From Phycisphaeraceae bacterium (GTDB lineage: Bacteria > Planctomycetota > Phycisphaerae > Phycisphaerales > Phycisphaeraceae), in contig OY771506.1 in the NCBI GenBank assembly GCA_963674705.1, forward strand, positions 896,001-960,000: a stretch of DNA of 64,000 nt. Direction: 5' to 3'. The position numbers and the translations under genes are program-made. Positions 19,770-30,399 of the stretch are shown piece by piece. Position 1 is the first letter of the stretch; each line of letters begins with the position of its first letter. The notes below the pieces were generated by a model. The model saw nothing but the letters and a program-made list of their open reading frames with translations, was not told where the DNA came from and ran no database searches.

Positions 19770-20948
19770 ATGAAGATCCTGCACGTGATCGGCACGCTTG
19801 ATGCAACCACGGGCGGGCCACCGGTGGTGGTCGCGTGCCTCGCCGTAGCACAGCAACAACTCGGGCACGACGTCTCCATCGCCTGCTGCCCCCCGCCGAA
19901 CGGACCCGAAGCTGAAAATAAGTTATTGTCGAGCGTAGCCGGCGCAGATGAATTAACCATCCATCACGTCCCAGACTCTCAAGGTCTCGATCGCTTCCTC
20001 GGCCGCGCAGCGCGCGAGCAATTAACGCCACTGATAAAAACCTGCGACATCGTGCACCTGCACGGTGTATGGGAAGCGATCCTCGTCGCAGCACAGCGCA
20101 GCGCCAAACAAATCGGCAAACCATACGTGATCGCGCCGCACGGCATGCTCGATCCGTGGAGTCTCAGCCAAGGCAAACTCAAGAAAACGCTCGCAATCAA
20201 ACTCTGGTTCGCCCGACTCTGGCGTCACGCGGCGTTCATCCACACGCTCAACCAGGATGAAGCCCGGCTCATCGATCAACTCGGTTTAGATGTGCCCACC
20301 AAAATCATCCCCAACGGCATATTCCTTGATTCGATCGACCCGCCGCAAGCGCCCGGCCAGTTCCGCGCCGCTCATCCTGAACTCGGTAACGATCCATACA
20401 TCCTGTTCCTGAGCCGCCTGCACTACAAGAAAGGCCTGGACTACCTCGCCGACATCTTTAAACGCGTAGCCGAAACCGAACCGCAAATGCGACTCGTCGT
20501 CGCCGGACCCGATGAAGGCGCGCGCAGCGACTTCGAACAACGCATCCACTCCGCAAATCTGGACAAGCGCGTTCACGTGGTCGGCCCGATCTACGGCCGG
20601 CAGAAGTATCAGGCCATGGTCGATGCGCTGTGTTTCTGCCTGCCCAGCCGACAGGAAGGTTTCAGTATGGCGATCACTGAAGCGCTGGCCTGCGGCGCCC
20701 CGGCGGTCATCAGCGAAACCTGCCACTTCCCGGAAGTCGGCTCGCAGCAAGCGGGTTACGTCTTACCGTTGGACCCCAGGCGTTTTGCCGAGGCCATCCT
20801 CAAGCTGCACCGCGATCCAGCCGAACGGGAAATGATGGGCCGCAACGGGGCGGCGATGGTCAGGCAGCGTTACACCTGGCCGCGGATCGCCGAGCAATCC
20901 GTCCAGGCCTACGCAAGCGTTTTGTCCACCAACAAATCGCCCGGTTGA
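19770..20948 (+). CDS. Glycosyltransferase family 4 (tandem paralog)
   Basis: Same motifs as the upstream gene; 'PHGMLDPWSL', 'LPSRQEGFSMAITEA'. Confidence 0.92.
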   Translation: MKILHVIGTLDATTGGPPVVVACLAVAQQQLGHDVSIACCPPPNGPEAENKLLSSVAGADELTIHHVPDSQGLDRFLGRAAREQLTPLIKTCDIVHLHGVWEAILVAAQRSAKQIGKPYVIAPHGMLDPWSLSQGKLKKTLAIKLWFARLWRHAAFIHTLNQDEARLIDQLGLDVPTKIIPNGIFLDSIDPPQAPGQFRAAHPELGNDPYILFLSRLHYKKGLDYLADIFKRVAETEPQMRLVVAGPDEGARSDFEQRIHSANLDKRVHVVGPIYGRQKYQAMVDALCFCLPSRQEGFSMAITEALACGAPAVISETCHFPEVGSQQAGYVLPLDPRRFAEAILKLHRDPAEREMMGRNGAAMVRQRYTWPRIAEQSVQAYASVLSTNKSPG

Positions 20949-21083
20949 ACCATGCTTGTACGAATAACGGTGACAACCCACCAGCCATCGGCTACGATAA
21001 TTGGCTGGCTTCAGACAAGACCGGGGCTTGAATTCTCGATACGCCCGGATGTAGTACGCAACTAAGATTTAGAGGAAATTGAC

Positions 21084-21980
21084 GTGTCACGCCTGCCGGA
21101 CTTCTTAATTATTGGCGCAATGAAGTCGGGAACCACCACGCTGTTCCACGACCTGGCCACACACCCCCGCGTGTTTTTCCCCATACACAAGGAACTGGGA
21201 TTCAGCATCAACCTGACCCAGCCCAAGATCCTGACCCAAGAGGGCCGCGCCGAATACGGTCAGTTTTTCGTTAAGGCCGACGACGATCAGTTAGTCGGTG
21301 AAGCGTCCACGGTTTACACCAAACGCCCCACCTTTGAAGATACCCCCAAACGAGCCCTGGAACTGCTGGGCCCGAACATCAAGCTGCTGTACATCATCCG
21401 CGAACCGATCAAGCGATTGATCAGCCATTACCACCACGAACTGTTCCGCGAAGTGATAAGCGATCCGATCGAGGAAGAACTGCCACGGCACCCGGAGATG
21501 GTCCAGTACAGTCTCTACGCGATGCAATTGGAACCCTGGATCGAAACCTTCGGCCGCGAGTCACTCAAGGTGATCCGCTTCGAGGATTACGTGGCCGACC
21601 GCTACGCCGGTTGTGCCGCGGCACTTGAACACCTGGGCCTTGACCCGGGCAAGCTCTCGCTGGATATCGAAACCGCGCACAACCAGACGCAGGGCAAGCC
21701 GCTTTCCAAAGGTTGGGCCTTCCGGCTATCAAGAACCCCGGTCTATGAAAAATTCGTCAGGCCCATGATCTCGATGGACACACGAAAGAAGCTGCAAAAG
21801 CTCCTGCTGCCCAAGGCCAAGAAACCCGAAACCGCGCTCAGCCAGGCGACGATCGATCGGCTCGTTAAAGAATTGGGCGATGACCAGGAACGCCTCCGAG
21901 TACTGCTCGGCCTCGAGGCGCCCTTGTGGGACTTGCCGAAGATCTATTCGAAAGACAAAAACAAACCAAACGTTGCCTGA
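21084..21980 (+). CDS. Sulfotransferase (heparan-sulfate sulfotransferase-like motifs)
   Basis: 'LPDFLIIGAMKSGTTTL', 'GEASTVY', 'IREPIKRLISHY'. Confidence 0.9.
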   Translation: MSRLPDFLIIGAMKSGTTTLFHDLATHPRVFFPIHKELGFSINLTQPKILTQEGRAEYGQFFVKADDDQLVGEASTVYTKRPTFEDTPKRALELLGPNIKLLYIIREPIKRLISHYHHELFREVISDPIEEELPRHPEMVQYSLYAMQLEPWIETFGRESLKVIRFEDYVADRYAGCAAALEHLGLDPGKLSLDIETAHNQTQGKPLSKGWAFRLSRTPVYEKFVRPMISMDTRKKLQKLLLPKAKKPETALSQATIDRLVKELGDDQERLRVLLGLEAPLWDLPKIYSKDKNKPNVA

Positions 21981-22006
21981 GTGTCAAGGCCGTTAACCCA
22001 TTCGAT

Positions 22007-22040
22007 AAGAAACGGAAGCCAACGGCAGGCTTCCGTTTTT
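22007..22040. terminator. Probable bidirectional intrinsic terminator
   Basis: AAACGGAAGCC-loop-GGCTTCCGTTT with a T tail, between convergent genes. Confidence 0.8.
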
Positions 22041-22047
22041 GTTGGAA

Positions 22048-23628
22048 TCACTCGGGTTGTTCCCCGTTGGTCATACCCGCCTTACGCTTCAACATCCCGA
22101 GGATGCGCGCCCGCTCCTGAGGCTTTAAGACATAGAGCGCCGCGACCAGCAGGTAGGCCCCGCCATATGCGCCCAGCGCAATCGCCAGCTTGATGAGGTT
22201 CCAGTCTTCAAACATATACTTGAATGCAAACAGGATCACCATACACACGAGCGACCCGATAAGCGGCCTCAGTAACGGCCGATAGACTTCAACAATACTC
22301 ATCTGAAGTATCCGCGACACCGCCACACCCATCCAGACGCCGTTGAACAACACCAGTGTGGCCGCGTATGCCCAGGATACGCCGTAGATACGCACCGATT
22401 CGGGCAGCACAAACAGCAGGAAAATAGCACCGATCGGATTGCATATACCACTGATGATGATGATCCAGACGTAACGCCTGACATGCCCCGCGCCATACAG
22501 CACGCGCATCCAGCTATCCGAGATGCTGCGGCAGGCGACACCGATCATCAGGATGCGGATGATGTTCGAGGCAAGTGGGATGGTTTCGGTGGGGTTTTCA
22601 ATCCGCCCGTGAAGCCAGACATACATGATGGGCTCGCACAGCACGATCATCGCTATCGCCGAGGGAAACGTGACCAACGCGTGCAACATGGATGATTGCT
22701 GGTTGAACCGGCGGACCGCGTTGTCGCCGGCGGTCGAGGCGTGCCTGGCCGCCACCGCATCAGCGCCGAACGTCATACCCTGCGCGATCATCCGCACGTA
22801 GCTTGCCATCTGCACCGCCAGGCCGAACACCAGGTTGCCCAGCAGGCCGAACGCCAGGTTCATGATGAACGCATCGAGGCGGAAGTGCAGGTTCACCGCC
22901 GCAACCACGCATGTATTCCATCCGCCTGTCGTGACGATATCACGCGCAGCGGCGCGCGTCATCGCGTGGGGCGAAGGTATCAGCGAACGGTCTTTGAGAA
23001 CCATGAACCCCACAAACACCGCATAGATCACCACGGTGGCGATGGAAGTCAGCCACCCAAAGACGATCACGCCCCAAGCGGGGTCTTCAGGAATCCACCA
23101 GAGCACGACCAAAGCGGCAAGTACGAGCGATAAGCGTTGCAGGATCGAATACGAATGGAACGCAAACATGCGCTCGCTGATCAGCAGCATGTTGAATTGC
23201 GGCGCGAGCACGATGTTAAACGTCGTGCTGATGGCCCGGGCGATCAGGAACCACCTCGCGGCCACAAGCAGTTCATCCGGGATCGACAGCCACGGCAAAG
23301 CCAGATAGACCCCGGTGAACATGATGATGCTCGCCAGCGCCATCAATGCCGACACCAGCGTGGCCGAGCTTAATACAACCTTGAACTCTTGCGGATTATC
23401 ACTGTGATACGCGACGCCAAGCTCTCGCACGAGGCTGCTGCGGATGATCTCTTCGAACATCGCCGCCAACCCCACGGTCGAACCAAGCAGCAGGATCATG
23501 CCTTGCGCATCATTGCCCACCGCGCGCAGCAGGATGCGCACCAGGAACAGGCCAAACACCAGCGTCGCCACCAGCCGGGTGTAATTCGCCAGGATACGGA
23601 GGAGGCTGCGCTTAGCTTCGGCGGACAT
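22048..23628 (-). CDS. Wzx-type polysaccharide flippase
   Basis: About 12-14 hydrophobic segments, MOP-type N-terminus 'NYTRLVATLVFGLFLVRILL', located in a glycosyltransferase cluster. Confidence 0.72.
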   Translation of the reverse strand: MSAEAKRSLLRILANYTRLVATLVFGLFLVRILLRAVGNDAQGMILLLGSTVGLAAMFEEIIRSSLVRELGVAYHSDNPQEFKVVLSSATLVSALMALASIIMFTGVYLALPWLSIPDELLVAARWFLIARAISTTFNIVLAPQFNMLLISERMFAFHSYSILQRLSLVLAALVVLWWIPEDPAWGVIVFGWLTSIATVVIYAVFVGFMVLKDRSLIPSPHAMTRAAARDIVTTGGWNTCVVAAVNLHFRLDAFIMNLAFGLLGNLVFGLAVQMASYVRMIAQGMTFGADAVAARHASTAGDNAVRRFNQQSSMLHALVTFPSAIAMIVLCEPIMYVWLHGRIENPTETIPLASNIIRILMIGVACRSISDSWMRVLYGAGHVRRYVWIIIISGICNPIGAIFLLFVLPESVRIYGVSWAYAATLVLFNGVWMGVAVSRILQMSIVEVYRPLLRPLIGSLVCMVILFAFKYMFEDWNLIKLAIALGAYGGAYLLVAALYVLKPQERARILGMLKRKAGMTNGEQPE

Positions 23629-23813
23629 GGAAAATCCACATGAGGGGTTTAATGACAACGATCGCCGGGATTACCGGCAAACGGTCCGGCGTGAGGTAAA
23701 GACACCGGGCAACATCAGGAACATATACGGGCGTCTCTACTGCATTGTTCTTCAATGAGGTTTTTGCCTTTCACGGCAGGCGCCCGCTCGCTCCGTGCCG
23801 CGAGCAGCCCCGG

Positions 23814-25172
23814 CTATCCCGTGGCGTGTAAACGCCTGTCGAACTGCATGACGATTGAGTGGCCGCCAATCAGCTTGGAAAATACCAGCAATATCAGGTA
23901 GGCGCTGACGACCGCATAAACAATCTGCATGTAGAACAATGCAATATCCCCGCGCGACAAACCCGTCAGCGTACCCAGGGACGCACCGACCGCAAGAACC
24001 ACCAGCGGTTGATAATAATGCATCCACACCAGGTTCTGAAGAAACCGGATACTCATCGAGAAAAAGATCGCGTAGATAATGACCGCATAAAGACCCCCCT
24101 CGGCCGCGGCAAACCCGATCACGCCGGGCGGCAGGGTCACCCCCTGTTCACCCAACGCACGGTTCAGATTCGCCTTCTTGATCTTCGCCTGATACGCGAT
24201 CAACGCACTGTAGACATAGGGTTTGTTCGGCCAGAACATTCTGGGGATGTTGGAGGCCGGGATATAGTAGAGTGAAAACAGCGGGCGGTAGGCGATGTTT
24301 TCCGGATAGTTTTCGATTGTCCAGAAGGTGGCCGCCCCGACCGTCTGGCCCCCGAGCGTATCGATGATCCCTTCTTTGATGTCGATGTTGGCCGGGTTCA
24401 CGATATCCTGAACAATCTGGATGGACGTCTTTTCGCGGAAGTCCTGCGTTCGCACGGAGGTGTAAACCGCCAGCAAGATAAACGGGGGCACCAACAGTAT
24501 CGCAAGCAACGCAAAACTGCGAGTCGGTCGCATGTACCGCATACGGCTGTAAAACAATCCCCACAACAACGCGATCAACACTGCAAGCAGAATGCGACGG
24601 CTCATCTGCTGATAAATCGCGATAAGCATGTCGACCATCACGACAACGCCCCCCATCATCCATAATCCCACATTCAGAGGCCGACGCCCTACCACCCAGC
24701 CGATACAACCCGCCGATACCGAGACGAAGGCCGTCGATGCATAAATCGAAATGACGCCGATGACCGGGATCACTGCCGCTAAACGAAAGGGCACGGCCAG
24801 AAACATCAGCGCCACCGCCATGATCAGAAGACCGCCGTCGGTCGGCATGGTCTTGGCAACCGGCACCATCCGGCTCAATTGAAGCATGGGCCAGGTGCGG
24901 GAATAGGTAAATAAAAAGACGGCGAAGAAAACGGTGATATAAATGCAGTAAGTAAACGCAGATTTATTGATGTTCTGGACCGTGAACGGTTCGGTCACAT
25001 CCGTGAGCAATACGAGGATCGGACTGACCAGCAGGTAGATGATGGCGCCGACAAGATAAAGATTACGCAGGCTTATGATCTCGTGGGTGTTTCTAAAATG
25101 TTGAACGATCATCATCGTCAACAACGCGACGACCCAACCGATCAAATAGATTGCCATCAAACCGCTACTCAT
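23814..25172 (-). CDS. Wzy-like oligosaccharide repeat-unit polymerase
   Basis: Multi-TM protein with 'SRR' and a periplasmic-loop 'IPRMFWPNKP' motif; next to the flippase. Confidence 0.68.
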   Translation of the reverse strand: MSSGLMAIYLIGWVVALLTMMIVQHFRNTHEIISLRNLYLVGAIIYLLVSPILVLLTDVTEPFTVQNINKSAFTYCIYITVFFAVFLFTYSRTWPMLQLSRMVPVAKTMPTDGGLLIMAVALMFLAVPFRLAAVIPVIGVISIYASTAFVSVSAGCIGWVVGRRPLNVGLWMMGGVVVMVDMLIAIYQQMSRRILLAVLIALLWGLFYSRMRYMRPTRSFALLAILLVPPFILLAVYTSVRTQDFREKTSIQIVQDIVNPANIDIKEGIIDTLGGQTVGAATFWTIENYPENIAYRPLFSLYYIPASNIPRMFWPNKPYVYSALIAYQAKIKKANLNRALGEQGVTLPPGVIGFAAAEGGLYAVIIYAIFFSMSIRFLQNLVWMHYYQPLVVLAVGASLGTLTGLSRGDIALFYMQIVYAVVSAYLILLVFSKLIGGHSIVMQFDRRLHATG

Positions 25173-25351
25173 TACCGGCTCCCAACTTGTGGCGCATTGC
25201 TGCGGCCTGAATGCACCCAATTATCCCACGTTAAGTATGATCGGAGAGATACTGATCGGAGTCAATTGGACCGAGAAAAACAGCCTGTAAGACGGCTTTG
25301 AAGCCTTAATGAACTGACTGTGCTCAAGGTGTAATAACTGTAAATAAAACA

Positions 25352-26026
25352 TTATCCGGCATCTTCCGACATACTCGAATATTCCGGGTCTCTTGAACGA
25401 GCCTGCTCCAGGTGTTCATCCCGCATCGGCTTGAGCGTGGCAGGGATACCGACCGCGATGTGCGCCGGGGGAACATACCCGTTCACCACCGCCCGCGCCG
25501 CTACGATCGTGTCTTCCGCAACCACCGCCCCACGGATCAATAGCGCCCCGCTGTTAAGCTGGGCCCGGTCACCCACGATACCGGACTTGCCCTGGTCCTC
25601 CGGCATAATGTGAACGATCTCAACACCCTGCCGCAGCCTGACGTACTTACCCAGCTTGGCCCGGCTGTTCAAAACGATCCCAAGCGGGTGCGGCACCCAA
25701 AGCGCCGGGCCGATCTTCACCGAACACGGGATCAGGCAGTGGTACCAGTGGTAAATAATCTTCTCAATCACAATACAAACGGGATACAGCCGGAATTTAT
25801 GACAGAACGCGCCCAGGCGATACAGCGCCACCATGTGGAACCCACTTGATAATAGCGCCGCGACCAGCAACCGCAATACGTAACGCCACAACGGCGCGTT
25901 CTTGCGCGGGTGCGTGTGGATACATAAATCCTCGATAAGACCGCTGAACGTCACGGGCGCCGCCATCTGGATCGGCGGATGGTCCTCGGACGCGTTCTCC
26001 GCGGCCTGACTGCTACCTTCATTCAT
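25352..26026 (-). CDS. CysE/WcaB-like hexapeptide O-acetyltransferase
   Basis: 'LYRLG', 'KIGPALWVPHPLGIVLN', 'VPPAHIAVGIPA'. Confidence 0.78.
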   Translation of the reverse strand: MNEGSSQAAENASEDHPPIQMAAPVTFSGLIEDLCIHTHPRKNAPLWRYVLRLLVAALLSSGFHMVALYRLGAFCHKFRLYPVCIVIEKIIYHWYHCLIPCSVKIGPALWVPHPLGIVLNSRAKLGKYVRLRQGVEIVHIMPEDQGKSGIVGDRAQLNSGALLIRGAVVAEDTIVAARAVVNGYVPPAHIAVGIPATLKPMRDEHLEQARSRDPEYSSMSEDAG

Positions 26027-26148
26027 AAGTCATTCCCTGCCCAATCAACACGCATACATCAGGCTATTCAATGCGAACGTGATCGTACAACACGCCTTCT
26101 TTACTTCGGCAACACCGGATTGGTTCATGTGACGCGTGTGTTAACGGC

Positions 26149-26733
26149 TTATCTCGGTTCCAACGGCCTGGCCGGGCTGCCCGCGACCAGCGCTTTGGCC
26201 GGCACGTCACGGAACACACTGCAACGCGCACCGAGCACCGCACCATCACCTATATTCACACCGCTGCCCACGAACACATCCGCCGCAAGCCAGCAGTCCC
26301 GACCCACCGTGATCGGCTGGCCGATGATCGGCATGTCACGCTTCTCGTACTCATGCGTCGCCGTACACAAATGCGACAACTGGCTGATCCGTGTCGCCGA
26401 CCCGATCCGCAGCGGCGCCTGGCAATCCAATATCACATCATGCATCACCACAACCCCACGCTCGATTGTGAGATTCCAGGGATGGATGATCCTGACGTGC
26501 GGATGGATCTTTACGGTCGCATGCACCTTCGCGCCGAACCGCCGCAGCACCCACAGCCGCCAGCCGTTGGCCGAAACCGGGCTTGGCTGAAGCAACAATC
26601 GCTGTACCCACCGCCAGGCAAAATCCGCCAGCTTCGCTCCACTGGTCAGTTCGCGAAACACACGATTCCGCGGCTCCGGCACGATCGTGGTGACCGGTTC
26701 GCGTTCGGGTTGTGCTGCACCGGAGTCGATCAC
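26149..26733 (-). CDS. WcaF-like acetyltransferase
   Basis: 'LRRFGAKV', 'PWNLTI', 'SQLSHLCTATHEY', 'GSPA'. Confidence 0.85.
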   Translation of the reverse strand: MIDSGAAQPEREPVTTIVPEPRNRVFRELTSGAKLADFAWRWVQRLLLQPSPVSANGWRLWVLRRFGAKVHATVKIHPHVRIIHPWNLTIERGVVVMHDVILDCQAPLRIGSATRISQLSHLCTATHEYEKRDMPIIGQPITVGRDCWLAADVFVGSGVNIGDGAVLGARCSVFRDVPAKALVAGSPARPLEPR

Positions 26734-28217
26734 TTGAGGTTGCGCTCCTTGATCGGCTTGGCTGGATTACCCACACACACCATCCTCGGAGGCAGGTCCT
26801 TGTATGCGCTGGACCTCGCCCCGACCACGGTCAGGTCGCCGATGTTCACACCCGGCCCGATGAAGGCGTCCGTGCCGATCCACACATCCGAACCCACCGT
26901 CACCGGCGAACGGATCAGCTTGAATGCATGGTCCGCGTAGTCGTGTGTGCCGGCACACAGATGTGCATACTGGCTGATGATAGAACGCTTGCCGATCTGT
27001 ACCTTACCCAGGCTGTAAATGATCGCGTAGTCGCCGATCGTCGCATCGTCTTCGATCTCGACCATCCACGGCACTTCGATGTTGACAGATGGTCGGATGG
27101 CAACCCCCGTACCGACCTTCGCGCCGAACAGCCGCAGCAGTCTCGCCCTGAATCCATACCAGTTGTGGAAACTGATGCGGAAGATCGGCTTGCCGAACAC
27201 CATCCAGATCGCACGCCCGAGTTTTTCCTTGAAACTCCAGGGGCTCGCCTCCGGCTGCATCTGCATCACACCGACCTGGGGTTCGGGCGCCGGCGGCAGC
27301 TTCTGTTCAGACCCGGTCACCGTGCCTTCGGCCTGCGATAACGCGGACGCCGACGCCTCGGGCATCTCCGTTTGCGTTCGTTCCGCCTTCTTGTGCTGCC
27401 GCAACAACTCGCGAAGTTTCAAAGCCACCATCGAATCGTACGTCGCGATGAATCGGCAGAACTCAAAACCCACCGCACCGTCCAGCACGCCCAGCTTGAT
27501 CACGTACATGTAAAGGAAACGCCAGAGCGACGGCATCGGAACGAACTGTGTCACGTTACGCTTCAACCAACGCCGGCGGCGCGTCTCAGACGTCACGTTC
27601 GCACTCTTGCCCTGCAACTCCGGCTTCGTGATCTCGGTGAACAACTGCTTCGATTCAAGCGTCGAGTAACGGTTGTGCTTCGCGAAGTAATGCTCGAGCC
27701 CGCGGCGGTCCTCGTGCAACATCGGCTCTTTAATCTTGCCGATCGGGTCGTCGATGATGATGTGCTCGTGAACCAGCCGGTTCTCGTAACGTCCCATGTT
27801 GCGCTTGAAGAAGCGCATGTTCCAACTGGGGTAGTACCCGCAATGCCGGATCGGCCGATCCAGGAAGAACGTCAGCCGGTTGATGAAAAACCCGTTCTCC
27901 GGCACCTCGTCTACGGGCTTCTCCGCCAGCGCCACCAGCATGTTCCGCAACTTGGGCGTGATCACCTCGTCCGCGTCCACGATCAACAGCCACGGCGACT
28001 CGAACGGCAGGTTCTCCATCCCCCAGTTCTTCTGCTCGGCATACCCGGGCCAATCGTGGTGTACCACCTCCGCACCGAATGACCGTGCGATCTCCTGCGT
28101 CCCGTCCGTCGACCCCGAGTCGATCACGAAAACCTTGTTCGTCCAGCCCTGAAGGGCCTGCAAACAGTGAGGCAGGTTCAATGCCTCATTAAACGTAATG
28201 ATCATGACATCGATCAT
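26730..28217 (-). CDS. GT2 glycosyltransferase fused to a WcaF-like acetyltransferase
   Basis: GT2 motifs 'TFNEA', 'DSGSTDGT', 'VDADE', 'VHEH'; C-terminal 'LRLFGAKVG...PWMVEI...SQYAHLCAGTHDY...GNPA' in the same frame. Confidence 0.88.
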   Translation of the reverse strand: MIDVMIITFNEALNLPHCLQALQGWTNKVFVIDSGSTDGTQEIARSFGAEVVHHDWPGYAEQKNWGMENLPFESPWLLIVDADEVITPKLRNMLVALAEKPVDEVPENGFFINRLTFFLDRPIRHCGYYPSWNMRFFKRNMGRYENRLVHEHIIIDDPIGKIKEPMLHEDRRGLEHYFAKHNRYSTLESKQLFTEITKPELQGKSANVTSETRRRRWLKRNVTQFVPMPSLWRFLYMYVIKLGVLDGAVGFEFCRFIATYDSMVALKLRELLRQHKKAERTQTEMPEASASALSQAEGTVTGSEQKLPPAPEPQVGVMQMQPEASPWSFKEKLGRAIWMVFGKPIFRISFHNWYGFRARLLRLFGAKVGTGVAIRPSVNIEVPWMVEIEDDATIGDYAIIYSLGKVQIGKRSIISQYAHLCAGTHDYADHAFKLIRSPVTVGSDVWIGTDAFIGPGVNIGDLTVVGARSSAYKDLPPRMVCVGNPAKPIKERNLK

Positions 28218-28456
28218 GGTTGTCCTTCAAACGAACACGGTCCGTAACCCCGATAATCATCAAAGCTTACAAAGATACCTTAGTATATCGGTCCGGATCG
28301 ACCCCCACGCCACGGCCGATCCGCGAATCCCGCCTGTTCGTATCAGTCAGGCAAGGTATCGTATATCTGAGCAAAGGACACATTAGCTGAAAAATCCAGT
28401 TAGTACCGACCGCCACCGCGCCGATGTACTGCTTAGAGCCCCGGTCGACTACAAAT

Positions 28457-29755
28457 ATGCATATTATCCTTCTTAATCAGGCTTTTTATCCGGACCATGC
28501 CGCCACCGCACAACACGCGCATGACCTGGCCCGATATCTGGTCGACCACGGCCACAAGGTCTCCGTCGTCGCCTCACGCTCGATCTACGGCTCAAAGGGC
28601 GCCGCCCTGCCCAAACGTGAGACCGTCGACGGCATCGAAATCCACCGCGTCGGCAAGAGCCTGTTCGGCAAGGCCTCCATCCTTGCACGGTTGATCGACT
28701 TCGCCCTTTTTTACGTCCTCGCCCTGATCAAAGTTCTGACTATCAAAAAACCGGACGTCATCGTCCCCTTCTCCACGCCCCCGTTTATCGCACTGGTCGG
28801 CTGGGCACTCAAAGTCGTCAAACGATGCAAAACCGTCTACTGGGTCATGGACCTCTACCCCGACGTCCCGATCGCGTTCGGCCTGATGAAAAGAACCAGT
28901 CTTTCGGCACGCATGCTTGAGAAGATCCACCGCTTCATCTTTAACCACTCCGACTGCTCGGTCGCGCTCGGCCGATGCATGCGCGATCATCTGATCAGCA
29001 AAGGCATCCCGCCACAGAAACTCGCGCTCATCCCGCCGTGGGCCGACATCGATGAACTCGAACCGCTGCCGCGCGATCAGAACCCGTTCAGAGAAAAATG
29101 GGAACTGCAGGATAAAACCGTCGTGATGTACTCGGGCAACCTCGGCCTCGCACACGACATCGCCACCATCCGCGACGCGATCGAACAACTCAAAGACCGC
29201 GACGATATCCGCTTCGTCTTCGTCGGCGGCGGCAAGCACATGGCCCAGTTGCAGAACTACTGCGAAGAAAACCAACTCAACAACGCGATCTTCAAACCCT
29301 ACCAGCCGCGCGAAGAAATCGGCGCTTCGCTGAGCCTCGCAGACCTGCACCTGATCAGTCAGACCGAATCCATGACCGGCCTGCTCGTGCCGTCCAAGCT
29401 CTACGGCATCATGGCAGCGGGACGCGCCTCCGTCTTCATCGGCAGCGATAAAGCAGAGGTCGGCCTCGTCCTCCAGGAAAACAACGCCGGCAAGGTCGTA
29501 CCTGTTGGTGATGTGCAAGCACTCAAAGACGCGATCACACAACTCGCGGTCGATCCGCAAACCTGCAAGCAGATGGGCGATGCCGCACGCCGCGCCATGA
29601 CCGAGCGATACGACCGCCGACACTCCTGCGCCGCGTGGGAAAAACTGCTCGTTGCATGCGTGTCGGGGAAACAAAACGAATCAACCGACGCTAAGCCTGC
29701 CGAAGATAATCCTGTCAAACCCGCTGAACCCGTCGGCGCAAACGGACCCGATTGA
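28457..29755 (+). CDS. Glycosyltransferase family 4 (WcaI/WbuB-like)
   Basis: 'LNQAFYPD', 'MDLYPD', 'MYSGNLGLAH', 'VPSKLYGIMAAG'. Confidence 0.9.
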   Translation: MHIILLNQAFYPDHAATAQHAHDLARYLVDHGHKVSVVASRSIYGSKGAALPKRETVDGIEIHRVGKSLFGKASILARLIDFALFYVLALIKVLTIKKPDVIVPFSTPPFIALVGWALKVVKRCKTVYWVMDLYPDVPIAFGLMKRTSLSARMLEKIHRFIFNHSDCSVALGRCMRDHLISKGIPPQKLALIPPWADIDELEPLPRDQNPFREKWELQDKTVVMYSGNLGLAHDIATIRDAIEQLKDRDDIRFVFVGGGKHMAQLQNYCEENQLNNAIFKPYQPREEIGASLSLADLHLISQTESMTGLLVPSKLYGIMAAGRASVFIGSDKAEVGLVLQENNAGKVVPVGDVQALKDAITQLAVDPQTCKQMGDAARRAMTERYDRRHSCAAWEKLLVACVSGKQNESTDAKPAEDNPVKPAEPVGANGPD

Positions 29756-30357
29756 TGAGCGATCACCAGTCAAACCAATCTCCCGACCCCGTGTTTCAAC
29801 GGCTGGACCGCGTCGAAGGATATCCCTACCCGCTTAGCATGTATATCCGCCGGTTCGCTTGGGGGATCGTGCAATCCACCTGCATCCGCCTGAGCCCGGC
29901 TCGTGCGATGGGCTGGCGCCGTTTCTGGCTGCGATTCTTCGGCGCAAAGGTCGGCAAGCTTGCTGGCATCCGCCCCACCACGCGCATCTTCGCCCCCTGG
30001 CAATTACAGCTCGACGACTTCGCTATGCTCGGCGACAACGTCACCGTCTACAACCTAGGCAACATCCGCATCGGCGAACACTCCGTCGTCTCGCAGAACG
30101 CGCATCTCTGCGCCGGCACACACGATTACACCAAGCAGAACCTGCCGCTGATACGCAGTGAAATAAACATCGGCCGCGGCGTCTGGGTCTGCGCCGACGC
30201 CTTCGTCGGCCCGGGTGTCACCATCGCTGACAACGCCGTCATCGGCGCACGGGCGGTTGTGATGAAAAATGTCGACCCCGGCATGGTCGTTGCGGGTAAC
30301 CCGGCAAAGGTCATCAAGCAACGCAACACCACGCCGCCAACCACCACCACCACCTGA
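29752..30357 (+). CDS. WcaF-like acetyltransferase
   Basis: 'LRFFGAKVG', 'PWQL', 'SQNAHLCAGTHDY', 'GNPAKVIK'. Confidence 0.87.
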   Translation: MMSDHQSNQSPDPVFQRLDRVEGYPYPLSMYIRRFAWGIVQSTCIRLSPARAMGWRRFWLRFFGAKVGKLAGIRPTTRIFAPWQLQLDDFAMLGDNVTVYNLGNIRIGEHSVVSQNAHLCAGTHDYTKQNLPLIRSEINIGRGVWVCADAFVGPGVTIADNAVIGARAVVMKNVDPGMVVAGNPAKVIKQRNTTPPTTTTT

Positions 30358-30399
30358 CCAAAGCAAACCCAATCTAGCGCCGCCACCGGTCGGCATTGA

